The position numbers were made by a program, and so were the translations under genes. A model generated the notes under the pieces. That model was not told where the DNA came from and did no database searches. It saw nothing but the letters and a program-made list of their open reading frames with translations. Positions 1 through 8,459 of a stretch of 32,000 nucleotides of DNA are shown piece by piece. Within the stretch, counting starts at the first letter, position 1; each line of letters opens with the position of its first letter. Location: the NCBI GenBank assembly GCA_016700135.1, contig CP065004.1:1200001-1232000 (forward strand). The letters run 5' to 3'. The stretch is from Candidatus Saccharimonadota bacterium (GTDB taxonomy: Bacteria > Patescibacteriota > Microgenomatia > UBA1406 > GWC2-37-13).

Positions 1-63
1 TCCTTTTTCGGATTTGATCCACGCGATAGGATCAGCTGCGCAATTTCCTCAAACGGTCAGGAG

Positions 64-822
64 CTATTCGTCTTCGATCACCGTTTCGAATACTTTCACC
101 GGCTTTACCGGCTTGGATTCTTCTCCGCTTGCACTCATGGTGACGGGAGCTTCGGCAATTTTGTCAACGACATCAAGTCCTTCTTTTACGAATCCGAAGA
201 TGACATAATTTTTCGGGAGAGGAGTATCCTCATGCATGATAAAGAACTGACTTCCGTTGGTATTCGGACCTGAGTTGGCCATAGCGACCGTTCCCCGGAC
301 ATATTCGCCTTCGAACGGTTCATCGTCAAATTTATACCCGGGTCCGCCCGTACCATCGCCTTTGGGATCACCGCCCTGGATCATGAATCCTTTGATCACA
401 CGATGAAACACCGTGTTGTCGTAGAAACCTTTTTGTGCAAGTGAAATAAAATTGTTTACGGTTTTCGGGACTTCCTTGGTTTTCATCTCAATCACAATCG
501 GGCCTTCACTGGTATTCAGAGTGACTGTGTATGTTGAGTCTGTATCAATTATCATATCTGGAGGTTGTGTATCCTCACCCAACGCTTTCGGCTGTGATTC
601 CTGCCGAGGCTGCTGTTGCTGAGGATCGGAACTAATAATATCGGACATATTGTCCGGAAGCTGCGAATCTCCTTCACTTCCTACCAAACTCAGTTTTTCA
701 ACTTCGTCCGGCTCCTTTGTCTCAGTATTTGAAGAAATTCTTTTTTGGAACAAAACACCAAGTCCTACCAAAATAATCAAAAAAAGCGTGCAGAATAGAA
801 TGACAAAAACTTTAGTGTTCAT
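64..822 (-). CDS. Membrane-anchored cyclophilin-type peptidyl-prolyl cis-trans isomerase
   Basis: 252-aa ORF. The C-terminal ~165 aa carry cyclophilin signatures (FHRVIKGFMIQGGDP, GTVAMANSGPNTNGSQFFI). The N-terminus MNTKVFVILFCTLFLIILVGLGVLF is a hydrophobic anchor followed by a Q/P/D/E-rich linker. Confidence 0.9.
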   Translation of the reverse strand: MNTKVFVILFCTLFLIILVGLGVLFQKRISSNTETKEPDEVEKLSLVGSEGDSQLPDNMSDIISSDPQQQQPRQESQPKALGEDTQPPDMIIDTDSTYTVTLNTSEGPIVIEMKTKEVPKTVNNFISLAQKGFYDNTVFHRVIKGFMIQGGDPKGDGTGGPGYKFDDEPFEGEYVRGTVAMANSGPNTNGSQFFIMHEDTPLPKNYVIFGFVKEGLDVVDKIAEAPVTMSASGEESKPVKPVKVFETVIEDE

Positions 823-872
823 ACCCTACTATATTACCACATGAGCGAAGAATGAAAAGAAGAATATTTACA

Positions 873-1514
873 TCATGTACCGAACTGTCTGTCACCGGCA
901 TCACCGAGACCGGGAAAAATATATCCTGCGGGAAACTTGTCAGCATCAGTCGTCAACCGTTCATCGATATGAGCAATATGAATCGGGACTTCAGGGTGAT
1001 TCTTGTGAACTTCTGCAATCCCTTCTGGAGCCGCGATCAGACCGATAAAAACAATTCGTTTTGCACCCCACTTTTTGAGAATATCAATCGTAGCAGATGC
1101 CGACCCGCCTGTCGCGAGCATCGGATCAAGTACAAACACAATTTCAACAGTCGGCGAAACGGGCAGTTTGTTGTAGTACTCGACGGGTTTGAGTGTCTTC
1201 TCATCCCGATACAAACCGATGTGCCAGACTTCAGACTGCGGTAACAATTTCCAGATACCGTCGACCATCCCGAGACCCGCACGCAGGATCGGGACAAGTC
1301 CGATTTTTTCTTGAATGAACATACCTTTTGTCACGGTAAGAGGGGTTTCAATTTCTTTTTCTACAGTCCGCAGATTCATCGTAGCTTCGTACACAAGAAG
1401 TGCCGCAATCTCTCCGACCAGTTCCCGGAAAAGTTTCGGATCTGTTTTTACATCACGAAGCAGCGACAGTTTGTGCTGTACCAGCGGATGCTTTGAGGGA
1501 AATACCTGTTCCAT
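873..1514 (-). CDS. upp: Uracil phosphoribosyltransferase
   Basis: 213-aa ORF of typical Upp length, with [13 protein letters not shown] at the N-terminus, PRPP-binding loop [12 protein letters not shown] and C-terminal [16 protein letters not shown]. Confidence 0.93.
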   Translation of the reverse strand: MEQVFPSKHPLVQHKLSLLRDVKTDPKLFRELVGEIAALLVYEATMNLRTVEKEIETPLTVTKGMFIQEKIGLVPILRAGLGMVDGIWKLLPQSEVWHIGLYRDEKTLKPVEYYNKLPVSPTVEIVFVLDPMLATGGSASATIDILKKWGAKRIVFIGLIAAPEGIAEVHKNHPEVPIHIAHIDERLTTDADKFPAGYIFPGLGDAGDRQFGT

Positions 1515-1988
1515 TTAGTTTAAAAGAAATAGTGAAATGGTAAGAACGGTCGCAAAAGATACCCAGCACAGATACGGTATCAGCAAAAGATACGAAGCGT
1601 ATGACACCGATTTGGCATTTTTCATTGTCAGAATTATGAAAATCAATAGCGGAATAATGACAACAATTCCTCCGAGCGTTGTGCGCAGTCCGAAAAATAC
1701 AAGCGACCAGAGAGTATTCAGGACAAGTTGGATCCAATAATACAGTACCGCACGTCTTTTATGAATCGTACGTTTACTGCTGTTCCAGATCAGATAGAAA
1801 GCGATACCCATCATCAAATAAAGGATTGTCCAGACGGGACCGAACACCCAATTGGGAGGATTGAAAACGGGCTTTTCCAGTCCTGCATACCATGTGGGAA
1901 TCGAAGATGCCGTGGCTATAGAACCGATGGCTCCGGATGCAAACGGTGCAAGAAGTGATATCGAAAGTTTCCGCACATCAAGTGTCAT
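1515..1988 (-). CDS. tspO: TspO/MBR family tryptophan-rich sensory protein
   Basis: 157-aa multi-helix membrane ORF with WYAGLEKPVFNPPNWVFGPVWTILY and Trp-rich helices. Its stop abuts the upp start (1514/1515). Confidence 0.85.
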   Translation of the reverse strand: MTLDVRKLSISLLAPFASGAIGSIATASSIPTWYAGLEKPVFNPPNWVFGPVWTILYLMMGIAFYLIWNSSKRTIHKRRAVLYYWIQLVLNTLWSLVFFGLRTTLGGIVVIIPLLIFIILTMKNAKSVSYASYLLLIPYLCWVSFATVLTISLFLLN

Positions 1989-2018
1989 ATATTCATGATA
2001 TCACATCATGAATGTCGG

Positions 2019-2432
2019 TTAGTTCTGACACATGATGACAGACTCATTCGTATCCAGACGGTAGTCATACTCTTCTCCCTGAGCTTCAAGAACGATCTGA
2101 TATCCCGGAGTTATGACTTCTGCATACATCTGTCCTTCCTGAGGACAGTCAAGCGCCGTGCTGCCGTATTCACGAGTCTCAAAACTTTTCACGGCAATCA
2201 TTGAAGGATTAAGACCTTCAACCGAATTCAGAAGATCACCGATAGCTCGGTCCGCTACGGCTATCTGCTCATCCGTCAGATCGCCGTATTGAGGATTGAA
2301 ATCAGGCTGTGTTTCAACCGGCGGTTCTTCAGTCATCAGTTCATCCTGACCCGGATAAGGCATGAACATGAGGACCACGACAGCTATCAGTGCCGCAAAT
2401 GTGACAAAAAGCAGTATTGTTCTTAATTTCAT
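2019..2432 (-). CDS. Hypothetical membrane-anchored or secreted protein
   Basis: The ORF track gives 2019..2504. The ATG at 2430-2432 begins a signal or anchor sequence, MKLRTILLFVTFAALIAVVVLMF. The 24 codons upstream are encoded by an intergenic hairpin repeat and are probably not translated. Confidence 0.6.
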   Translation of the reverse strand: MKLRTILLFVTFAALIAVVVLMFMPYPGQDELMTEEPPVETQPDFNPQYGDLTDEQIAVADRAIGDLLNSVEGLNPSMIAVKSFETREYGSTALDCPQEGQMYAEVITPGYQIVLEAQGEEYDYRLDTNESVIMCQN

Positions 2433-2452
2433 AAAATGGGATAAATTGTAAT

Positions 2453-2502
2453 GTCGTAACAGAAAGATCCCGAAACATCCGCCGACTGGCGGACATGACG
2501 AC
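2453..2502 (-). repeat. Partial or degenerate copy (D) of the CCGCC-N4-GGCGG-tipped hairpin repeat (module M1)
   Basis: GTCGT...CAT-CCGCC-GACT-GGCGG-ACATG-ACGAC. The tip at 2479-2492 matches the tips at 20398, 25254 and 30001. The minus strand reads GGCGGATGTTTCGGG. This shares GGCGGAT with copies B and C, and ATGTTTCGGG with the sequence just 5' of copy A. Confidence 0.55.
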
Positions 2503-2514
2503 ACGTATTAGCTC

Positions 2515-3222
2515 TTAGGCGATACCGTACGTATCGAGAATCTTTTTTCTCTTTTTCCAATCAGGCATCATCTTTTGCATAAGCCGATGAAAGCCGGTGC
2601 CGTGATTGTGGTGCCTCACATGGCATAATTCATGATAGACGACATAATCGACGCATTCAAGCGGGGTTTTGATAAGTTCGGGATTGAGACAGACATGATC
2701 GTCGTGACTGCAGGTTCCCCATTTTCCCCGCATCGGTTTATATGTCAGAGATTTCGGATAAATCCCTTCTTGAGCAAAAATCCTGCAGGCCGACTCATAC
2801 CGCTCGTAGAGTGTCTTTACACCCTGTTCGTGATACCATGCTTTCACAAGTGTTTTGACAATTCGCGGGGACGGTCTTTTTGTCGTGACATGTAGTGTGT
2901 TGCCGTTTATGTTCACACTATCTTCGGGTAATTCCTCGATTTTTAATCGATATTCCTTCCCGAGATAATGATGAATTTCACCTTCCGCATATTCTTTTTC
3001 CTGTTTTTTTGTCGCATGCTGTTCAAAATAATGAACTTTTTTGAAGATCCAGGAAGCTCTGTCTCTGACAAGTTTCTCAATCATGACAAGAGGAACCAGT
3101 TTCGGTGCTCTGACCAGGACCCGACCGTCAGGTTTGATACTGATGCTTGTTGATCTTCGCCAGCTGTAGTCTACCTGACAATCAATCTTTTTTCCGGCAT
3201 ACACAAAGCTTATCTCTTTCAT
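2515..3222 (-). CDS. YgjP-like (DUF45/WLM-type) zinc metallohydrolase
   Basis: 235-aa ORF with the HExxH-containing block VVYHELCHVRHHNHGTGFHRLM near the C-terminus, and the length typical of the YgjP family. Confidence 0.78.
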   Translation of the reverse strand: MKEISFVYAGKKIDCQVDYSWRRSTSISIKPDGRVLVRAPKLVPLVMIEKLVRDRASWIFKKVHYFEQHATKKQEKEYAEGEIHHYLGKEYRLKIEELPEDSVNINGNTLHVTTKRPSPRIVKTLVKAWYHEQGVKTLYERYESACRIFAQEGIYPKSLTYKPMRGKWGTCSHDDHVCLNPELIKTPLECVDYVVYHELCHVRHHNHGTGFHRLMQKMMPDWKKRKKILDTYGIA

Positions 3223-3277
3223 AACACCATATACGATACCATATTTACGTGATTTTTAAAGATAAAATAGATACTTT

Positions 3278-3979
3278 CTAGACAAACTGATTGGGATTGC
3301 AGGATAGAGATATATAGGGAAGAGATGCGATTTCATCGCCGTCTGCAGAACGGAAATGCGGCGGTTCCGTATGGATATGTATTCCCAAAAAAGTACGGTA
3401 CGTATGCGGATCAGCATCGCAAAAAAAATGTCTGTTTACTTCGAGATTTCTATCCTCGTCTGCCATTACGTCAAAGATGTACGCGGGAGATTCCCACGTT
3501 GCATCGTAGTATGAATCATTGTGATATATTCTGTCCTTCTTTTGAATCGTTACTTTCCGACCGATATAGTCCCACGGATCACGGTGAACCCCGGTCGCCT
3601 GATCAAGATCATGTGTATCAGGCGCCACAAGATACGGCCGTCTTTTCGGATCAAAGACTGATTTAACAAATTCGAGTTTCCCCGGCAATCGCGGTACGAT
3701 TGTATTGTATAGTTCATCGGAAACAACCAAGCCCGAAATCCGCTTCAAATCAGAGAGATCATGTGACCGCCTGAGGATTGACTGCAGTACCGGACTTGAT
3801 TCTATTTCGAGATTCAGACCGCATCGGTAGAGTACCTGCCAGTTCATAAGCTGGTCATTATATCCGTACGGTGTGAACTGTCCCGTCCCCACATGTATCC
3901 GTTGTTCGGCAGAGGCAGCAGCATCTTTCATTCCGAAGAACACACCTGCAGCACCAAGCATAAATTCCCTTCTGTTCAT
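3278..3979 (-). CDS. Hypothetical exported protein with a twin-arginine-like signal
   Basis: The ORF track gives 3278..4042. The ATG at 3977-3979 begins MNRREFMLGAAGVFFGMKDAAASA (RR motif, hydrophobic core, AxA site). No recognisable catalytic motif. Confidence 0.6.
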   Translation of the reverse strand: MNRREFMLGAAGVFFGMKDAAASAEQRIHVGTGQFTPYGYNDQLMNWQVLYRCGLNLEIESSPVLQSILRRSHDLSDLKRISGLVVSDELYNTIVPRLPGKLEFVKSVFDPKRRPYLVAPDTHDLDQATGVHRDPWDYIGRKVTIQKKDRIYHNDSYYDATWESPAYIFDVMADEDRNLEVNRHFFCDADPHTYRTFLGIHIHTEPPHFRSADGDEIASLPYISLSCNPNQFV

Positions 3980-4040
3980 AACAATTCCGTCTTCAAATTC
4001 AAAGCTGAAATGAGCATTATATCGGATAGGATTAAAAACC

Positions 4041-4511
4041 ATGAAAGAAAATCAGTTGTATAATGAATGCATGAAACAAATACAGAGACGCATTCTGACA
4101 ACCGCACGGATTCTGTTCGGATTGCTGTTTTTGGATGCCGGTATCGAAAAACTGCTCAATGGTTTTTCGGCGAAAAAGTACCTTGAAGCGACCACTTACG
4201 GTCCGTTTGCAGATATTTTTCAATCAATGGCGGGCAGTCCTGTTGTCGATTTCCTGGTGGTAGGCGGAGAAATTGCGATAGGAATCGCTCTTGTATCAGG
4301 CGTGTTTTTATGGTTTACCGCTTATGCCGGAAGTCTCATGATGATTATGTATTATTTTTCACAGTTTCCGCCGAAAACCGGAATCATCAACATGCACATC
4401 ATATATATCCTTTTATTCTTCATTCTTGCGGCATGTGAAGCCGGAAAATACGCCGGGCTTCAGCCGTTTGCTGACAGGATCATGAAACAACTATTCAGGA
4501 AGTCATCGTAG
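4041..4511 (+). CDS. DoxX-like small integral membrane protein
   Basis: 156-aa ORF with four predicted helices. The N-terminal RILFGLLFLDAGIEKLLNGF resembles the DoxX/DoxD family signature. Assignment rests on resemblance only. Confidence 0.5.
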   Translation: MKENQLYNECMKQIQRRILTTARILFGLLFLDAGIEKLLNGFSAKKYLEATTYGPFADIFQSMAGSPVVDFLVVGGEIAIGIALVSGVFLWFTAYAGSLMMIMYYFSQFPPKTGIINMHIIYILLFFILAACEAGKYAGLQPFADRIMKQLFRKSS

Positions 4512-4911
4512 CGTCCAGTGGTGCCAGGACAAACATAGATCCTCCGTCAGAGTACAACACTTTGTGGAGAAATATGCCCGTATCTGAACGGTTTGTGTGC
4601 AGGACCTGGACTTCAACCTGATCACCTTGATCAGAAAGAACAGTATATATTCTTGCAGGAGGCTGCATTTCATCACATCCCAACGTTTCATATGCGACGG
4701 CTTCCAGTATCATTCGTTCATTTTCCGTGAGATCTTCATAGCCGCGGGTATCGTCCATCCCGAGATCACCGGGACGAATAGGAAGAAAATAGGGTTCCTC
4801 ATCAAGACCGAGAAAGTCGACGGTGTCCTGCAGAGCTGCAGTGAAGTTCATACGAAACTCAACCGTTTCCGGTGATTCAGTTGGTTGTTGTTCCATCAGG
4901 TTTTTGTTCAA
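4495..4911 (-). CDS. Hypothetical acidic cytoplasmic protein
   Basis: 138-aa ORF with no recognisable motifs. Its start overlaps the end of the upstream same-strand gene (4877..5509) by 35 nt, or 20 nt if Met-6 is used, suggesting co-transcription. Confidence 0.5.
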   Translation of the reverse strand: MNKNLMEQQPTESPETVEFRMNFTAALQDTVDFLGLDEEPYFLPIRPGDLGMDDTRGYEDLTENERMILEAVAYETLGCDEMQPPARIYTVLSDQGDQVEVQVLHTNRSDTGIFLHKVLYSDGGSMFVLAPLDATMTS

Positions 4912-5509
4912 ACGGATTGACCGTAACGGCCGTGTTGTATCCGGGGTTCTCAGCCGGTCTCATCGCGTTCGGGTAATTGATATCCGTTTTGACACTGTGA
5001 GAGAGTTCCTTGAGTTTTTTAAACAGAGCATACGGATCATGAATGCTGTCCATCTCATGCGGATGCGGCACGGCACCGTTTTTGGTTTGTCTGAATGCAC
5101 CCGGCGTCATCACGAGAATCGAGCCCGTATTCTGGTTGAAGATTTTGTCGAAGAAATCAACATTGACCGAGACATCCGTGATCTGATCGAAGTCAATGGA
5201 TTTAAGATCGCGGCCGACCAATCCGCCTTCCAGGATTACCCTTTTATTCGTGACGGCATAATAAATATTGTTGTATACAAAAAACCGATACAATGTCGGA
5301 CCGAATATCATGATCGGACCGATGTACACATGCGGGATAAACCACCCGAATGACGTACCGAACAAAAAAGGAATCGTCATCGCAGACCACACCAGTCCGA
5401 AGGCAGCCAAAAACAGGTTACCGCCGTTGAAAACAAACGGAAAAAACGCCGGCTTGCCCTCCCAGAATATCGTTTCATTTGTATCAAGGATTTGATGTAT
5501 TGTTCTCAT
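4877..5509 (-). CDS. Membrane protein with bacterial PH (bPH_2/YdbS-like) domain
   Basis: 210-aa ORF. ETIFWEGKPAFFPF is followed by two hydrophobic helices and a C-terminal beta-rich region (ITDVSVNVDFFDKIFNQNTGSILV), as in YdbS/YdbT-type PH-domain proteins. Confidence 0.6.
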   Translation of the reverse strand: MRTIHQILDTNETIFWEGKPAFFPFVFNGGNLFLAAFGLVWSAMTIPFLFGTSFGWFIPHVYIGPIMIFGPTLYRFFVYNNIYYAVTNKRVILEGGLVGRDLKSIDFDQITDVSVNVDFFDKIFNQNTGSILVMTPGAFRQTKNGAVPHPHEMDSIHDPYALFKKLKELSHSVKTDINYPNAMRPAENPGYNTAVTVNPFEQKPDGTTTN

Positions 5510-5535
5510 ATGACATTATTGTATCAGAATATTAA

Positions 5536-6852
5536 TTATCTTGATAAATAAGGCAAAAATGATCTATTCTCCTCTGAGGGTACGAGTATGTCTGCATAAC
5601 CTGCCTTGACGGTCAATGCCCGTATTGCCTGCAGCGGGGCAATAGCCGGCACAGGTTTATCAATAGTACCTTGCGACGCTTGCCCGACTGGAAGGGATGT
5701 ATCATAAATGGTTTGCATGATATCAGCAGGTGACAACACGGGGAAAATATGAAGAAAGTAGCTGTACATCCCCGCTGCGTTCGGCGTAGAAAATGATGTT
5801 CCTGACAAACCGTCACGATAAGGAAAATTTCCGTCATTCATATTGTTCAATCCCCAGAGATCAAAACACCCCGGGGCAGCAACAAAACGCTCTTTCGCAG
5901 TCGAATAATGTGAAAATGCACACAGCGTATCGGATGCCTCATCTACCGCGGCCCCGACAGCATAAACACGGTCATATCCAGCAGGATAATCAAGACTGTT
6001 TGTCGGCATATTGTATGGGTTGTTTCCTGCTCCGGCAATTACCGTTATATTTTCGGGAAGAGCCTCAAAAATATCAGCCATTTCCTGGTTGTAGCTGAAG
6101 CCGGAGAAACTCATATTCAGCACAAATTGCCTGCCGGTGTCAGTTCGGGCAGTTTTATCTACATATGCAAGTGCCTCTTTCCAATCACTTGGATTTACAA
6201 TTCCGTCTCCGCCATATGGAAACATCACTTTGATTGATGCAATATTTACACCTCTGCCTAAGGAGGCTATCCCGACTCCGTTGCCGGTACAGGCAGCAGC
6301 TATCCCAGCCACTGCCGTGCCGTGACCGATTTCATCGGTCAAAGGGGAGGTTTCATTATGGACGGAATCAAGAAACGTCTTAGACAATTCCTTATCTATC
6401 TGTCCGTCACACCAATCTTCATGTTCTGCATTGATGCCGGAATCCATAATGACAAGTGTGACAGGTCGACGTTCTTCCTGAGGAATATGTTCTTCAAGTC
6501 TGTGTGCGATATAGTCATATCCGACGTACTGATCCGCGCATTCGGCAGTAGTACCGTTTTCATCAAATGTGGCCTCCTGTACCAATGATTTCTGCTCCTG
6601 CAAATACGGATCATTGGTATCGTCAGGATATGAACCGCACGTAAGTTCCTGATCTTCAGAATATGTCAATAATCCATTCATTCGTTTAGAAAATGTGTCG
6701 TCACCAAATGGTATTACAATACCTACAGGATCGTACTGGACCGCCGTACTATACGATCTCTCTACACCTGGTTTTGCAAAATATGACAGTGCAATAAGTG
6801 CCGCTCCTGTCGTTGCAATACCGAGAAATGAGCTTTTCTTTTCCTTATTCAT
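5536..6852 (-). CDS. Secreted or anchored S8 family (subtilisin-like) serine protease
   Basis: 438-aa ORF with the ordered D-H-S triad boxes VIMDSGINAEH, HGTAVAGIAAA and GTSFSTPNAAG. N-terminal hydrophobic segment FLGIATTGAALIALSYF. Confidence 0.9.
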   Translation of the reverse strand: MNKEKKSSFLGIATTGAALIALSYFAKPGVERSYSTAVQYDPVGIVIPFGDDTFSKRMNGLLTYSEDQELTCGSYPDDTNDPYLQEQKSLVQEATFDENGTTAECADQYVGYDYIAHRLEEHIPQEERRPVTLVIMDSGINAEHEDWCDGQIDKELSKTFLDSVHNETSPLTDEIGHGTAVAGIAAACTGNGVGIASLGRGVNIASIKVMFPYGGDGIVNPSDWKEALAYVDKTARTDTGRQFVLNMSFSGFSYNQEMADIFEALPENITVIAGAGNNPYNMPTNSLDYPAGYDRVYAVGAAVDEASDTLCAFSHYSTAKERFVAAPGCFDLWGLNNMNDGNFPYRDGLSGTSFSTPNAAGMYSYFLHIFPVLSPADIMQTIYDTSLPVGQASQGTIDKPVPAIAPLQAIRALTVKAGYADILVPSEENRSFLPYLSR

Positions 6853-6874
6853 ATCAACGTGTTATTATACTATC

Positions 6875-7993
6875 TGAATAAGTTACGAAAGATATGGCAC
6901 TCATAGGGAACTAACATCTATGAGTAAATGGGGAGGAGATCAGCTTCGAGTAATTAGGAGTTATGACTGGCAGTACAATAGAGATCTTATGAAAAAGATA
7001 CGATCTCTATCAGACTACAATCAGTCAGATGTAGCACAAATCAGAAACGATGTTCTGACATTTGCAGAGAAGTACGGGATACAAGCTGCAGTTGATGCAT
7101 ATGGGATATCACGAAGGACATTGTTTCGATGGAGGAAGAGACGGCGAGATTCAGAAGGGCAGTTGGATAGCCTGATACCAGAGACAACCAAGCCAAAGAC
7201 ACCCCGACGTATGGAGACTCACCCGAAGGTCATATCCTTTATCAAAGAGATTCGAGAACAATACTTTTGTTTGGGAAAGGAGAAGATCAAGCCCTTACTT
7301 GATGAGTATTGCCTACAGGAAGGAATTTCAACTATATCTGAGTCAACCATTGGAAAAGTGATCAAAAGACACAACCTGCAGCGCAAGACCTACCGGATCT
7401 ATCACAATCCAGCAAGTGGCTTTGCAAAACGGAAAGTAAAGTACCGACAGAAGGTCAAGCGGTCTCCCAAGGTGGAAGATACCGGATACATTGAGATTGA
7501 TACCATCACGAAGTTTGTACACGGAATCAAGCTGTATGTCTTCAATGCAGTGGACATCAAACTCAAATTCCAGTTCTCCTACGGATACTCAAAACTCAAC
7601 AGCCGAAACGGTGCTGATTTTATGAGAAGACTGGAACTAGTATACCCAATACAAGATGGTATAAAAACCATACAAACAGATAACGGCCTCGAGTATCTGG
7701 GAAACTTCCATGACTATCTGGAAGAAAACAATATCCCACACCTCTTTATCTACCCCAGATGTCCCAAGATCAATGCCTTTATTGAGCGAGCAAACAGAAC
7801 ACTCCAGGAAGAATTTATGAACCCCTACATCTATACCAAGTGGACCGGTATCGGATCATTCAATCGTCACCTTATTGAATACCTCGTCTGGTACAATACA
7901 AAGCGAGTTCACAAAAGCCTGAACAATATTTCACCTATGGATTACCTATTATCTATTTTACCTAAAGAGTGCCATATGTATGGAACTCATACA
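6875..7993 (+). mobile_element. IS481-like insertion sequence, copy 1 (1119 bp)
   Basis: Identical by visual comparison to 25521..26639. Imperfect terminal inverted repeats: IRL TGAATAAGTTACGAAAGATATGGCACTC, and the reverse complement of IRR TGTATGAGTTCCATACATATGGCACTC. Single rve/DDE transposase ORF. No clean target-site duplication (left flank ..ACTATC, right flank CACTAT..). Confidence 0.9.
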
Positions 7994-8020
7994 CACTATT
8001 TCATTTATGTAAAAAATTAG
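6920..8020 (+). CDS. IS481-family DDE (rve) transposase
   Basis: 366 aa. N-terminal HTH region (ISRRTLFRWRKRRR). DDE triad contexts IEIDTITKF, IQTDNGLEYLG and FIERANRTLQEEF. C-terminal YNTKRVHKSLNNISPMDYL. The ORF runs through IRR, and its last 9 codons and stop come from flanking DNA. Confidence 0.9.
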   Translation: MSKWGGDQLRVIRSYDWQYNRDLMKKIRSLSDYNQSDVAQIRNDVLTFAEKYGIQAAVDAYGISRRTLFRWRKRRRDSEGQLDSLIPETTKPKTPRRMETHPKVISFIKEIREQYFCLGKEKIKPLLDEYCLQEGISTISESTIGKVIKRHNLQRKTYRIYHNPASGFAKRKVKYRQKVKRSPKVEDTGYIEIDTITKFVHGIKLYVFNAVDIKLKFQFSYGYSKLNSRNGADFMRRLELVYPIQDGIKTIQTDNGLEYLGNFHDYLEENNIPHLFIYPRCPKINAFIERANRTLQEEFMNPYIYTKWTGIGSFNRHLIEYLVWYNTKRVHKSLNNISPMDYLLSILPKECHMYGTHTHYFIYVKN

Positions 8021-8033
8021 CTATATTTAACTT

Positions 8034-8279
8034 ATGTCTAATACAGAATATTTAAAGCTAAAACTAGAGTTAGTAAATAAACTAGCTAAATACATCGCAG
8101 AGCAACCTGAACTCCTGAAGAAGTACTCAGGGTATTCTTATGTAATTTATACGACTAGTAAAGAGTTTAATAAGAAAAATAGTAATCTTATCAAGAGCCT
8201 AAAAGAAGAAAACAAAAAAATTGTGAAGGCGACATTTATAGATCAATCAAATGACTGGTCGTTCGCCCCTTTAAGTTAA
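8034..8279 (+). CDS. Hypothetical small Lys-rich protein (first ORF of the low-GC island)
   Basis: 81-aa ORF with AT-rich codon usage like the adjacent R-M genes. No recognisable motif. Convergent with hsdR. Confidence 0.4.
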   Translation: MSNTEYLKLKLELVNKLAKYIAEQPELLKKYSGYSYVIYTTSKEFNKKNSNLIKSLKEENKKIVKATFIDQSNDWSFAPLS

Positions 8280-8459
8280 CATCTTATCCTACTACGTTTA
8301 GAAGCTACGTTACTATCTCAAGCACCTCAAAGACACTATAATCGTCTTGATTCTTATTCTATTAATCCCACATAGTGAATCTGCGAGAAGAGTTCAAAAT
8401 ATATGTTCAAAGGTAGATGATATTAGCCGGCATTATTTAACAGTATTTTTAGAGATTTT

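Noticed and set aside
4823-5353. Long antisense ORFs lie opposite well-supported genes: 4823..5353, 18735..19187, 21045..21533, 22045..22359 and 852..1244.
   Set aside because: Each lies entirely within, and antisense to, a gene with clear family motifs. All have Arg/Cys/Ser-rich junk-like composition. They are treated as non-coding shadows.
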